A stretch of 64,000 nucleotides of DNA from Eledone cirrhosa (taxonomy: Eukaryota), in NCBI GenBank assembly GCA_964016885.1, contig OZ024741.1:34968001-35032000 (forward strand), read 5' to 3'. Positions 41,901 through 52,754 of this stretch are shown in pieces. Below the pieces are notes generated by a model. That model did no database searches and was not told where the DNA came from. It saw nothing but the letters and a program-made list of their open reading frames with translations. Both the position numbers and the translations under genes were made by a program. The first letter of the stretch is position 1, and the number at the start of each line of letters is the position of its first letter.

Positions 41901-43225
41901 ATGTAGTAGCATGTCATGTTTGGATAGAATGATATGCGAGCATTTGTTCTGGCTCTCTGCATTCTCTGAGTTCAAATCTCACCGAGATTAACGTTGCCTT
42001 TCATCTTTTCAAGATCAATAAAACATAGCAGTCCAGTACTGAGGTCAATTCTTCCTCTATATCTCTATCTCATTTCCTCCCTCTCACTCACTCTCTCTCC
42101 TTCTCTGGAAGAAATTGGCTGTGTTCTGACCTAGAGAGGGGATAGGCTCTGCCAGGTTTAAAAGTGCCCAAGACACACTGTATATTTTGATGCTCCCCCT
42201 TCTACAACTCCATCAGGAGTTTCAGGTCCATTCATACATTTATACAAATAATAAAGAAAAACTTGGTTGGAAGCACTATTAATTGTATTAGTTCCCTTTT
42301 TAATGCTTTTTTCTAACTTTGATAAGGCAAAAATAAACATGCGAAATGAGAGGGCAAAAGCAAAACTATGTTTACAGTCTTGCCTCATAGTGAGGGTCAA
42401 TTTCTGTTTTCTGACAATTTTCTGTGGTCAAGTAATGTTCTGATCTTCAAAGTTGCTAGATTTAAGAGGTCCAAACTGTACTTAGTATATCAACTGTAAA
42501 AAGATGAACAGAAAAAACAAAAACCTTGGTATGATTTAAACTTTTTTACTGGTTCCAGCCAGTTGGTTGTGGCCATGCTGGGTAGCATTTAATCCTGTAT
42601 TCTAGTGGCGATGATAGGGACAATGGTTGTTTGATAAGAAGGGTTGATAACATTTATGATGAGGAGGAAGGAAGAAGTGTTTGGGATAGAGAAAGAGGAT
42701 GAACATGACAACAGAGGAGAAGAAGGAATATATTTAGTATTTGACTTACCTAGTGTTGCACATGGTTTGTTTTTATATGTGCAGATATCATACCTGAATG
42801 AGAGGAAGAAAGTAAAAGATTACTGAATGTTCTGACTATATAACCAGGTATGTAGGGTAAAAACCTTCTTTGGTCATGAATGACCATGAGTTTTGCACCT
42901 AGAAAGCTCCCCTCTGATACACAAGTCATGGCATTATGTTTTTGAGAAACACCAGTAGATGGCTATGCAAACCAGCTTCTTTCCATCCATTGATTTTGTT
43001 CAAGGAAAAGGCAATGGCTGATACAGTTTGGCAGCAGTGTCATCACAACTCATTTCTCCAGCTGAGTGAACTCGAACAATATGATATAAAATGTCTTGCT
43101 CAAGAACACAACACATCACATAGTTCAGGAATCAAACTAACAACCTTATGATTGTGAACTCAATGCTATAACTACTAAACCATACGTCTTCAGAAGACAT
43201 ATAACCAGACATAAGCAGACATTAA

Positions 43226-43267
<42 letters not shown>

Positions 43268-45721
43268 GTGCGCGCGCATTTCCTTTTTGTATTTGCTTGG
43301 TAAGATTTTTTACCTGAAAACGTGTTGAAACAGATATTGTTATACTTTGGGAGGGTCATGCTGCCAAATAAAACACATGCACCTGGATTTCACTTCAATT
43401 TACTATCATGGTTGTTTAGTTGTTGATTGTCAACAAAGCTCTTTCGTTATACATTCTGTTACCTCCTCAGTAACTACTTTTGTTGTTATTTTGTGTCTCT
43501 TCTTTGTTCTGTCCTACAGCATCTTGCTTTGTGAGCTGTGTAATTGGGTTGGGTATGTGTTATATCCAGGTTTGTGTGTGTTTGTTTTATATATATATAT
43601 CTATTTATTTTATTTATTACTATTTTCACAATATATTTATTTGTTTATTTATTTTCTCTCTTTCCTACCTGTCACTAGTTGGTTAGTTGTTCTATCTGTA
43701 TGTGTCTGGTTTATTGTATTAGTTTAGTTCTTGTGTGTCTCTGTATGTCTTTATCTTTTTCTTAGTTACTACATTGTGAGGTTGTTGCTATTCCACTCAT
43801 GTTTTCTGTGTAGTTTGGGTTGGAGTTTGTTTATGTTTGTTACTTCTGTAATCTGTCGGAGCATTGTGTCCGTTTTGTGAGTGGATATAACTTATCTCAA
43901 TGTTCTCTAGTATGTTCCCATGTTCCATTCTGGCATGCCGGTGGAGTACTGATGAGTCTTTCTCATCTTGGAGTTCTCACCAGTGTTCTTTTATCCTTTC
44001 TCCTATGCTACGGGCTGTCTCACCTATATCTTTTTTCATTTTTCTTTTTATGTTATTTTTCTTTTCCAATCAAACCATCAAAAATAAATTCTCATCAGTT
44101 AAATTTATAGAATGCAAAAGTTACTAACCTGGTTAAAAGAACAGCATTGTCATGATGAGCTATTCCTCTAGTGTGGTGAGTTACATTGGAATGGAGTGGA
44201 GAATTAATCATCTTCTGCCAACGACAGAAACTACCCAAAGATCGGTCAGCATGGTGGGTGATGCTTAGGTTGGGCTGCAAAGCAAATGGAAAAAAAAAAG
44301 CAAAGAGAATTCATTAACCCTTTCATTACCATGTTTCTAATATTCTAATATAACCAACTTTTATGATGCTCAAATACATTTGAAAGAAGATATTGTAGTT
44401 TACTTGAAGAATCAATCTACAATCAAACAACATATACACCCATGGAATCAAGTCTTTCAGGCCTATTGATCATCATTTATATGGATCAGTTGGACTGACA
44501 AGTGCTCAACACCTGTAGCTCCAGTGCCTTCATATAGATGACATACTCATTCTCACATCTTCCTGGAATTTTACCTCTACCTCTCTTACTTATATACCTA
44601 TGAGGACTAAATCATCAGTATATAGGAGTTCCCAGTTGTGGCCTGAATGACAATGATAAACAGAATTGAATTGAGGACTGAGCCCTGGTGGACTCCCATT
44701 GTCAACTCTCATCTTACTGCACAGCTCTCACAAGTTATTAATCTACACTTAGCTTCCTTAGTACCGACCAGGGTCAAGAGCATGAATCCCTAAAAGAGCT
44801 TTCTCCAGATCTACAAATGCAAGGTACTCTTAGTCAAATACTTCTGCAGTTGTCTTACCAGAAAGAGGCACTGGTAGTATCCTTACCAGGTATAAAGCTG
44901 GACTGCATCTCATCTAACTTAATTCTATCCTTTAATTCAATATATAATATATATACTTGAGTGATAGTTGATCTTGTGTAAAAGTCGACCCCCTATTTTT
45001 GGCCCCAAAATCTGAAATCTCTATAGACCTCATATTAAAGACAACCCTAGTATTTCATGCACAACAAGCCAACATTTGTGGGTTAAGATATAATCTTGTA
45101 TATATAAACAACGCTGTTACAAAATCATCATGAATTTAAGGAAGAAATATTATTGCAAATACATGTTTGAAAGTGAAGATTTACCTAAACATGCGGCTTC
45201 CTTATTGTAGCCTGCCATATAACTGGAATGTTTGGTGCTTATAGTAACAAACCATGTAATAACAGGCACTACACATCTGTTGACGGGTGCTACATCACCA
45301 TTACTAAAATGCACAAGAAGTGCTGCAAGCCTGCTACCTTTATATTTTCTTCCTTTCCAAACATAATAAACAATAATCAGTGCTCGTCTTACCATCCGTT
45401 TACTTAGTGAGAAACATGTTTCACAGAAAGCACTGTTGCATAACTCTAGTAAATGCCACTGTCTAAATTCAATGGCATGACTTCGGTAAATCAAAAAACA
45501 TTCAGTTGATCTCTAGATTAACAACTCTAGAATCAATTATATTACTGTAATTCATTGTTTTTGTTTTTATTCGTTTAGAGGTCAGTTGGGCATCTGCTAC
45601 TGATACGGTACTTCGGATTCTAGCTTAAATTTTAAACCCCTCAAAAGTAGTAGCCATGTTATAGTCGACCCCATAAATTTAACCTTAAAAAAAAAAAATC
45701 GACACTTACACGAGTATATAT

Positions 45722-45773
<52 letters not shown>

Positions 45774-45774
45774 G

Positions 45775-45821
<47 letters not shown>

Positions 45822-48800
45822 GACCCTTTGCTGATAAATCTAATTCATTCCAGAACTTAACAGAAGAGTGTGAACTCATATGTATGGATGGATCCATATC
45901 TCCTGAGGGAGTCATAGGGGTGCCATAGAGACTTACAATGTTTCGAGGACATTTTTAAAAACTTGGTGAAGCCCATCTCCTCTCCAGATCTGAACACAGC
46001 AGATTTCTTCCAGAGAAGGATAAAGAGAGAGAGAGAGATTGAGTAAGACAGAGTGAGAGAAAGGAAGTAAAAAAGAGATATAGAGTAAGAATTGACCGCA
46101 GTACTAAACTGGTACTTTTTAATCAACCTTAAATGATGAAAGATAAAGTTGACCTTGGTGGGATTTGAACTCAGAGAGAAGAGAGCTGGAATGAATACTG
46201 CAAAGTATTCTATCCGACATTCTAACATCTCTGCAAATTCACTTCCTATATCAAGCGGCAAAAATAAATACAGGACAAACACCACCTATTAAGTTAAACT
46301 TTAAAAAAAAATTACTTACCTGTTCATCAGTTAGGAGAACCAGTCTTGTGACAATGATATTCACTGCATTGCCGATGCTCACATCATGGTACAGTTTGGC
46401 CACCTGACCTCAAAATACCAAAACATATACCAAGCTGATCAATACTTTAGTGTCAGTCTTCCAATGAACTCAGAACAATCTACGCAAAATGGACCAGTTA
46501 ATCAGTTAAGTTGATGCTAACATACTTAGTAAATTGAGAAAATTTCCCCTGTTATCTAATTAGGATTATTTCCAGATTTCCATAGAGCAGAGCTTTCCAA
46601 ACCTTTTATATTGATAACACACTTTTAAACCCTTTTATAACCATATTTTTAATGAAAGACACTACAAATGATTTTCAAATAATTTTGTTAATAATCAAGA
46701 ATTTGGAGGGATTTAGTAATATAAATAACTTTCCCATTATTAAGCTGGTGTTTAGAACATGGCCAAAAAGGTTCTTACTTAAAATTATGATGGCAGATTA
46801 TTAAATAAATAAATAGTCCTTGGGTGCAGAAAATTTGCAGAAACTGGAAAGAAGTGAGTCAAGCTTGCTCTGATGGATGTGTAACAATAGTGTGCATGAA
46901 TGATGAAGCACAAATGAACTGCAAAAAAAGCTGAGCATGAGAAGGATTGAAAACTACGAAAGTCTAATCCATATGGAGGACAAGAGCTGCATAAAGAAGT
47001 GCAAGGCACTCAGAGTTGGCAGAACCTATGGGGGAAGCAGACTTAGGAAAACTTGGGATGATGTGGTGAACTTAATACTGTAACACACCTATAGATTATC
47101 ACTTAAATCGGAGGTTGCCAACCTTCTTTTGTGTCATTGCCCACTTTCACATGGAAAAATTTTCCACTGCCCACCTGTATAGTAAACATTCAAAAGCATA
47201 CCAAAAATATTTGGTACAAGTTTATTATTGGTTCATTATTCCCATTTAGCCTCCTGTTGTTTTGTTTTTTTCTTATATAAGTTCTTTGCATAATTTTTTT
47301 TTCCAGTAGCATATGTTGAAATGCCATCTTAATACACAAAATCTTATATTGCCACCAAAATTTCCAATTTCTGTTCAGTTGCTCATCACCTACCCAACAG
47401 TTGAAATTGCCCACAAGTGGGTGATATTGCCAGATTGAGAAACCCTGACCTAAAGTGTTGTGACAGTTTGGAAGCTTCTGCCATAGAGAAATTAAAGAAA
47501 AGTGAGGGTGATAAAAAGAAACTATCACCAGACTAAAGTTTCAAGCATAAATATTTATTGTTTAATTAATTATGTTGCCAAACGTATGCACATCATGTAA
47601 ATTAGACTAACAATTTCAATTATATTCTACATCTTTCCTAGCATTTACTAACAGTCAAGTGCACCAATAGGTAAAGGTAAAGGAAAAGACCCCCTTTGGT
47701 CATCAATGACTATAGGATTTGCACCTAGAGGAACAAGTCTGGGCAAGGTTATTTGTGGAAGACCAGCAGTCGACAATTCTCCACACCATCAATGTTGTCC
47801 AAGGGAAAGGCAGTGGCTGATACAGCTTGGTACCAGTGACGTCGCAACTCATTTCTATAGCTGAGTAAACTGGAGCAACATGAAATAAGTGTCGTGCTGA
47901 GGGACACAATGCATTACCCTGTCAGAGAATCAAACTCACAACCTCACAATTGAAAGCCCAACACTTTAACCACTAAGGCATAATTATCAGTGTTAATATA
48001 AATTTATATTCCAGGGAAAGAAGCTGACTATACTTACAATATTCATAATGGTCAAGATGTAGGGCTCAATTTCATGAAGCCCATGGTAACTGAGCATCAT
48101 TCTGTCAGCAACTACAAGAGTTTCAACATTCTGTTCTCGGCTCACTGACCTCTTCTTCTTTTGCCATCTGCGGGGGCCAAACCTTGAAAATTTATGATGA
48201 CCTGAACCGTGCCCGGAATGCTGGGGGTTTATTTTATCTTCAACATCTTTTGGAAATAAGAAGCACCCTTATTTTACATAGTTGCCATCATTTAGGTTTT
48301 TACAGTTACAAAGTAGAGCAAATAAGTTGCAGAAATTTAAAAACATAAAACCAGAAGAATATGCATACATACATTCATTCATACACACAACAAAAATACT
48401 AAACCATTATCTAGCCACTGGTTACTAAAAAAAAAAAAACACCCAGTTCACACTGTAAGGTGGTTGTGCTGATGACACGATAAAAAGCACCTAGTCCACA
48501 TTGTAAGGTAGTCATACAGGTGACATGACAAAAAGTATCCAGTTCACACTGTAATGTGGTTTGTGTTAGGAAGGGTATCCAGCCATAGAAACCAAGCCAA
48601 AATACAGATCCATATGAGCAAGACGTGGTCTCTGGACCTGACTTGTTTCATAACGTGACAACTCATTTAACCCGTGGTAAATGGATATTAAATGATGATG
48701 ATGATGATGATGATGCACACAAGAAATCAATAAGGAGGAGACTATGGCTATTTTGGAATGTCTCTATATAAGTAACCCAGTAAATCAAGATGGAATTCAG

Positions 48801-50711
48801 GTGAAAACATACAGAGAATGTATCAAGAGTGGACACAAAGAAGCTTATTTGATGTAATGGAACAAAATATTTGTGACTGAGCTTCATTGATCAGAAACAA
48901 AAGATGGCTTCTCTTTTGACAAATTATTCCTAAGATGATTGCGGCAGCAGAGTTTTCAGACACATCTTCCAGATAGTCATATCAGAATCAGCCATTACTA
49001 AATGATCCAGCTAGATCTCAAAGAGAGACTAACAGATAAAAGAAACTGAAAGAATAAGAGATATAAATTGTGAGAAAGATAGAAAGTGGATGAAAAAGAA
49101 AAATATTTTGAAAAGGTTGCAGTTGTGTTCAGCTCTCATAATTTTAGGTGTTTTGATGCATTTTAAAAATGGAGCTTCTAGCAAAGATGACAATTTAAAG
49201 ACCCTACCCTTAACTCCACAATGAGCTTCTCCTCCAGGTAATTTCAATGCAGATTTCTTGTAAACTATATGAGGATATCCTTCTCTTTCAACATCATTGG
49301 TATGATTCCATAAAGGTTCCACAAAATAGTTATCTTCGGAAGTTGTGAAGACACCTTGCTAGATTAATAAGAGATAGTGACAATCATACATCTATAAAGC
49401 CTTCAGTTTTCATTAAAAAAACAAAAAACAAATACTAATTTGAAACATACATGTATTTCTCAAGAACCTTAATGATATATTAGGAAAGGATTCCTATGGG
49501 TTGAAACCAAATCATAGACTCAGTTCAATGACAATTTGCACCTCATTATAGGCATCCCAACCAAACTGCCAGAAACTGCCATTGCTTCTATATGAAACTG
49601 TTTATTTTAAAGTGTTTATATTCATCTAAAAACCTTCCACCATAAGTAAGAACCTTATTTTTTATAAGTTATGATCTAAACACCAACTTAATATTGAAAA
49701 AAATTACTTGTATTACTAGATCCCTCCAAATTCTTGATTATTTAAAAAAAGATCTGAAAATCATAGGCAGTGTTTTTCAATAGGAATATGGTAATGAAAG
49801 GGTTAATATATTTTTATTGGGCCTTAGGCCAAATTGTGTAGGAGTAGTCAGTGTAGCTAGTGGGAAGGCAATCCACATCAAGTTTTTGGAGGGGAGGGCT
49901 GTATTTTTAGTCTACTGCAGTGTATTATTGGGTTGTGATTTTTGTAGGGTGATGTTAGAAAACAAGGACCATCCTGAGAAGCACAAACACTAGCTACATT
50001 ACTACCAGCTTAAAAAAACATATATACATTGAATAACAAGGACCTTGATGCAAACTGTCTGAAAAAAAACAAACAACAGTCATAGCTTGAACACTTTTGA
50101 TTATAGGCCAACTTAATCAGAGCTTAATTGAGACTAAACAGCATGCCTGTTTTTTCCAGAAATAAACCACTGGTTTAAAGTGATTTATTGGCAAGTTCTG
50201 AGTAACAATTCCCTGAGTGGTGATTTATTGAAAACTGAAAATATAATAGATAGCTCTTCAAAGTTTCCAACTGAAAATACAAGAAAAAATTATTTTATTT
50301 TACTTACCAGACCATGACAGTTACTTAGAGCAGCTTCTGATTTATAGGGATGGTGGCTGAACCCCACAAAATGACATTGATGTACATCAAAATGTTGCTT
50401 CTTAACACCATGTTGACCCCAGTATTCAACAACAAAATTACCGGAAACCAGTTTCTTATTCAACGTCAAATTAAAATGGAAATCATTGCCATATGCAGAA
50501 AGTTTGTAAAATACATGATCATGGACATAATTATTGGACCAAAAATGTCCAGAACCAGGACTTCGAAAAATTTGACGTTTCTTACGGTTTGTTGTTGATG
50601 GCTCATGTTCTTCTCCAGAAACATCCAAGTTGTAACTTAGAAATTCTCCTTTTCGATTGACCAAAGTTGGAATCACAAGTTCATAGTGAGACAACTGCCC
50701 AATAAGTTGTT
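21314..50711 (-). CDS. ADAMTS6: ADAMTS6/10-like metalloprotease gene, partial (17 coding exons, about 2360 nt; first and last exons not found in window)
   Basis: Manually spliced exons, all GT-AG and phase-compatible. Motifs: KKKR|[33 protein letters not shown]1 [19 protein letters not shown], Cys-rich and spacer domains. The sequence resembles ADAMTS6/10 from memory; the 6-versus-10 assignment is not resolved. Confidence 0.93.
22510..22705 (-). mobile_element. SINE family 2
   Basis: Homology to 39563-39746. Confidence 0.8.
22744..22824 (-). CDS. ADAMTS6: ADAMTS exon ([26 protein letters not shown])
   Basis: Spacer domain; aag acceptor, GTAAGT donor; 81 nt. Confidence 0.92.
24021..24144 (-). 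CDS. ADAMTS6: ADAMTS exon ([32 protein letters not shown]...)
   Basis: End of Cys-rich domain and start of spacer; tag acceptor, GTAAGA donor. Confidence 0.94.
24522..24795 (+). mobile_element. SINE family 1, 5'-truncated, (GAAT)n tail
   Basis: Homology to 788-1035. Confidence 0.82.
24804..27753 (-). mobile_element. RTE-clade LINE (family A), 5'-truncated, with stops and frameshifts
   Basis: ORF pieces 27567..27779 (AGDLNGHVG), 26313..27482, 25980..26276 and 25222..26031; (GAT)n tail. Confidence 0.95.
27770..28394. repeat. Minisatellite ACATTTCATTTAA(AT)n, more than 20 units
   Basis: Constant core with variable TA spacer. Confidence 0.93.
28522..28574 (+). ncRNA. Type-I hammerhead ribozyme motif with three stems
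   Basis: gagattc-CTGATGA-t-ttc-taaa-gaa-t-GAAA-cag-ttctagtc-ctg-TA-gaatctc. Confidence 0.85.
28655..28755 (-). mobile_element. Penelope-like 3' terminal fragment
   Basis: Same terminal motif as 43280-43385 and 17899-17965. Confidence 0.6.
28958..29091 (-). CDS. ADAMTS6: ADAMTS exon ([30 protein letters not shown]...ICINGECW)
   Basis: Cys-rich domain; cag acceptor, GTAAGA donor. Confidence 0.94.
29190..29852 (+). mobile_element. RTE family B-like older 3' fragment with internal deletion
   Basis: [21 protein letters not shown]...; shared 3'UTR. Confidence 0.82.
30232..30413 (+). mobile_element. SINE family 2 with TSD tcattgtttaacatc
   Basis: Homology plus flanking direct repeat. Confidence 0.82.
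31596..31698 (-). CDS. ADAMTS6: ADAMTS exon ([34 protein letters not shown])
   Basis: Cys-rich domain; cag acceptor, GTAAGT donor. Confidence 0.93.
32561..32624 (-). CDS. ADAMTS6: ADAMTS exon ([21 protein letters not shown])
   Basis: End of TSP1; cag acceptor, GTAAGT donor; 64 nt. Confidence 0.93.
33430..33875 (+). mobile_element. Cluster of older SINE family 2 copies
   Basis: Repeated ctgagttcaaat...gcctttc...aaataaagtaccagta motifs. Confidence 0.7.
33907..34052 (-). CDS. ADAMTS6: ADAMTS exon (YCYRGQCV...[33 protein letters not shown]), central TSP1 repeat
   Basis: WxxWxxW and CSxxCxxG TSP1 motifs; cag acceptor, GTAAGT donor. Confidence 0.95.
34132..34331. mobile_element. Mariner-like MITE (related copy at about 53417-53596)
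   Basis: TIRs gagggttgactgaaacgtt / aacttttcagctgaccctc; shared internal sequence. Confidence 0.55.
34629..35027. repeat. Local ~215-bp diverged tandem duplication
   Basis: tcctgtaccacatgaaactgcattag at 34631 and 34847. Confidence 0.8.
35498..35839 (+). mobile_element. SINE family 1 abutting an ADAMTS donor site
   Basis: Full-length copy; tail ends immediately before the donor (actcac). Confidence 0.88.
35846..35956 (-). CDS. ADAMTS6: ADAMTS exon ([37 protein letters not shown])
   Basis: Disintegrin-like domain; tag acceptor, GTGAGT donor; 111 nt. Confidence 0.92.
36481..36809 (-). mobile_element. SINE family 1
   Basis: Reverse complement of the family 1 copies. Confidence 0.86.
36833..37352. 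mobile_element. tRNA-headed element as a ~260-nt permuted tandem plus inverted copy, between (TA)n
   Basis: 37281-37350 repeats 37021-37090; 36833-37020 is an inverted copy; tRNA-like cloverleaf at 37199-37271. Confidence 0.7.
37370..38932. mobile_element. Non-coding element: ~550-nt tandem monomer plus inverted copy, interrupted by an RTE 3' end
   Basis: 37922-38057 repeats 37370-37503; 38517-38932 is the reverse complement of about 37427-37873 with deletions. Confidence 0.75.
38058..38472 (+). mobile_element. RTE family A 3'UTR fragment nested in another repeat
   Basis: gagaagacccgccttacctaa...ggacgttaaac(gat)n. Confidence 0.85.
38992..39133 (-). CDS. ADAMTS6: ADAMTS exon ([11 protein letters not shown]...[16 protein letters not shown]...CKPL)
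   Basis: End of protease domain and start of disintegrin-like domain; cag acceptor, GTAAGA donor. Confidence 0.92.
39449..39915. mobile_element. Second TTAA-type MITE family (related pieces near 49560-49805, 57955-58150, 58273-58525)
   Basis: ttaacccatttgatac...gtaacgaatgggttaa. Confidence 0.6.
39563..39746 (+). mobile_element. SINE family 2 with 19-bp TSD, nested in a TTAA MITE
   Basis: TSD attataattatatgtaaga at 39544-39562 and 39747-39765. Confidence 0.87.
40367..40513 (-). CDS. ADAMTS6: ADAMTS exon ([13 protein letters not shown]...IMAAHL...[13 protein letters not shown])
   Basis: Third zinc His and Met-turn; cag acceptor, GTAAAC donor. Confidence 0.95.
41190..41535 (-). mobile_element. 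SINE family 3 (head and central domain like family 1, different tail); other copies at about 42855-43190 and 47670-47980
   Basis: Shared ...cttgagcaagacactttattt... domain; distinct ggaagaccagcagtc / gatttgcacctag tail in three copies. Confidence 0.72.
41647..41752 (-). CDS. ADAMTS6: ADAMTS exon ([36 protein letters not shown]), first half of zinc-binding motif
   Basis: HExxH motif; cag acceptor, GTAGGT donor. Confidence 0.95.
42750..42793 (-). CDS. ADAMTS6: ADAMTS micro-exon ([15 protein letters not shown])
   Basis: 44 nt, phase 2/1, cag acceptor, GTAAGT donor. Confidence 0.92.
43278..44030 (-). mobile_element. Decayed Penelope-like 3' fragment
   Basis: [16 protein letters not shown] on minus near 44025-43980; 3' terminus TGACCCTCCCAAAGTATAACAATATCTGTTTCAACACG shared with 3490-3530 and 28690-28730. 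Confidence 0.8.
44129..44274 (-). CDS. ADAMTS6: ADAMTS exon ([20 protein letters not shown]...[10 protein letters not shown])
   Basis: Lies in ORF 44095..44280; cag acceptor, GTTAGT donor. Confidence 0.93.
44560..44935 (-). mobile_element. Highly decayed RTE RT fragment
   Basis: Remnants of [16 protein letters not shown] and FVDLEKA on minus. Confidence 0.65.
44943..45724. mobile_element. Tc1/mariner-pogo-like non-autonomous DNA transposon
   Basis: Imperfect TIRs atatatacttgagt.../...acacgagtatatatggta with subterminal gtcgacc motifs. Confidence 0.5.
46320..46403 (-). CDS. ADAMTS6: ADAMTS exon ([28 protein letters not shown])
   Basis: 84 nt, phase 0/0, cag acceptor, GTAAGT donor. Confidence 0.93.
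48038..48246 (-). CDS. ADAMTS6: ADAMTS exon: furin site and start of metalloprotease domain ([27 protein letters not shown]...TIMNI)
   Basis: Manual translation; aag acceptor, GTAAGT donor. Confidence 0.92.
49208..49358 (-). CDS. ADAMTS6: ADAMTS exon: prodomain ([16 protein letters not shown]...HIVYK...HCGVK)
   Basis: Conserved YFVEPL and HIVYK motifs plus cysteine-switch-like CGV; tag acceptor, GTAGGG donor. Confidence 0.92.
50308..50711 (-). CDS. ADAMTS6: ADAMTS exon: prodomain ([15 protein letters not shown]...AALSNCHGL)
   Basis: M12B propeptide-like translation; cag acceptor, GTAAGT donor; 404 nt. Confidence 0.92.
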
Positions 50712-51534
50712 CTGAAAAAAATAAAGGGAAAAGAAAGATCCTTTTTAAACTGCAGACTGGCTCAAGGAAAAGGTTTGTTCATTTAAACTATTTGGTTATG
50801 TGAATCTGAAGAGAATGAACAACACAACACTTATGAATATACATATAATGAATGGAGGTGCATCTATAAGATTGGTAGAAATAGCAGCCAAATTTCACTC
50901 AACTTAAATCTTAGCAGCCAAATCTCACTTAAATTGTGCTACTGATTTTGGAAAATATAGTCATACATACATTATACATGGACATTGAAAAAAAGAGGGG
51001 ATAGTTATGGTTGGAAAGCTGCTGATTAAAGGTGTGATCACTCGAGGCTAATCAACAACAAAAATAATAATAACATAGGTAATATTTCGATAAGTTCAAC
51101 TATCACAAGGAGTGAAAATCATCTGAGAATGAGGAAAAGAAAGTTGTGAACAACCCACAAACAAAATAATTTCTCTCAGATTCTGGATTTTACTGAAGGT
51201 ATTTCCTCATATGAGGCCAGCTAGATAATCTGTGTATTAACGACTGCAGTCTGACATTCTAGAAAATCTAGTATCGTTGTAATCCAGGTTTGATCGGTGG
51301 TTGCATGGCAAATATATCCAGAAAGCAAAGTACAAGTACAACAAAAACTAACAAGAAAAATGTTACATTAGAGTATAGCCTAATACATTGACTTTGTACT
51401 CTAATTTCACAGAAGGGAGAAAAATCAATATTTTGGACAGTTGGTTCTTTGCCACAATAGAAGGTATGAGAAAAGGAAGAAAAGTTAAATTGAGGTGAAT
51501 AAAAAAATGTGTTTATAGAAATGTCAATAAATTG

Positions 51535-51632
51535 TGTTTTCCTCCAGATATTTCCAGGTTGTAACTAAGAAATTCTTCTTTTCAACTGACTATAATTGGT
51601 CTCATAATGGGACAATTTTCTAAAAATGTTTT
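51535..51632 (-). pseudogene. Degenerate duplicate of the 5' part of the ADAMTS prodomain exon
   Basis: Translates LSHYE/PIIVS*KEEFLSYNLEISGGKH versus the functional [30 protein letters not shown]; has a frameshifting deletion and a stop. Confidence 0.8.
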
Positions 51633-51689
51633 CCCTAGAGGAACAATTCTATATGAAGAGAAGTGTTCTATTGATTTCTATACCCATGC

Positions 51690-52315
51690 TAGTAATATAC
51701 GCGAACGACAAAGCATAAATGAATTGAGAGAGTGACTGAGCATAAGAGGAATCAAATGCTGTGTGCAGGAGAGGTGGTTGCGTTGGTATGTACATGTGAT
51801 GCGTATGAAGGATGACAGCTGCATAAAAAGGTGCAGAGCACGAGAAGTCGATGGAAACCGCGGAGTGGGGAGACCCAAGATGACCTGGGATGAGGTGATA
51901 AAAGCCGACCTTACCCAATTACACCTCTCAAAGGCGATGACACACGACCGTGACCTCTGGCGTCATGCAGTAATACAGAGTACCCGACCTCCCATGGGTA
52001 CAAGCTGAAGCATATAGACAATATGCCCCCACACCCCCCACTGCAAGGTGGTCGTGGAAGTGACACAGCAAAAAAGCACCCAGCCTACACTGTAAAGTGG
52101 ACGTGTAGGCGCCACGAAAAAGCACCCAGCACTCACTGTAAATAAGGTTGGTGTTAGGAAGGGCATCCAGCTGTAGAAATCAAGCCAAATCAGTTCCTGT
52201 ATGAGCAAGGCATGGTCAGCCGACCAGACACTGCCCACAACAGGACAACCTGTCTAACCCATGCTAGCGTGGAAGAACGGATGTAAAACGGTGATGATGA
52301 TGATGATGATGATGC
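51690..52315 (+). mobile_element. RTE family B 3' fragment
   Basis: [19 protein letters not shown]...; 3'UTR; (GAT)n tail. Confidence 0.88.
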
Positions 52316-52379
52316 TAGCATGGAAGATAGGCGTTAAATGGTGATGATCTATTATATTGGTGCTATTGTGTATAGAATT

Positions 52380-52754
52380 AATAATTGTTTCTATTTTAGG
52401 CACAAGGCCAGCAATTACCCAGTACATTACTGGTACTTTATTTTATCGACCCCGTAAGGATGAAAGGCAAAGTTAACCTCGGCTGGATTTGAACTCAGAT
52501 CGTAAAGGGATGTAACTATGATAATATTAATAATATATTAGGTCAATGATGATTTCTACTATAGGCACAAGGCCAGCAATTTGGAGGGGAGGGGAAAGTC
52601 GATTAAATCGACCGCAGTTATTTTATCGACCATGTAAGGATGAAAGGCAAAACAAACCTCAGTTAGATTTGAACTCAGATCATAAAGGGGTGTAACTCTA
52701 TGCTGCAAAGCATGGTGTCCGATGCTCTACCGATACTGCCAATCCACCACCCTC
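52380..52754 (-). mobile_element. Two adjacent SINE family 2 copies
   Basis: Homology; second copy flanked by atattaggtcaat direct repeats. Confidence 0.8.
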
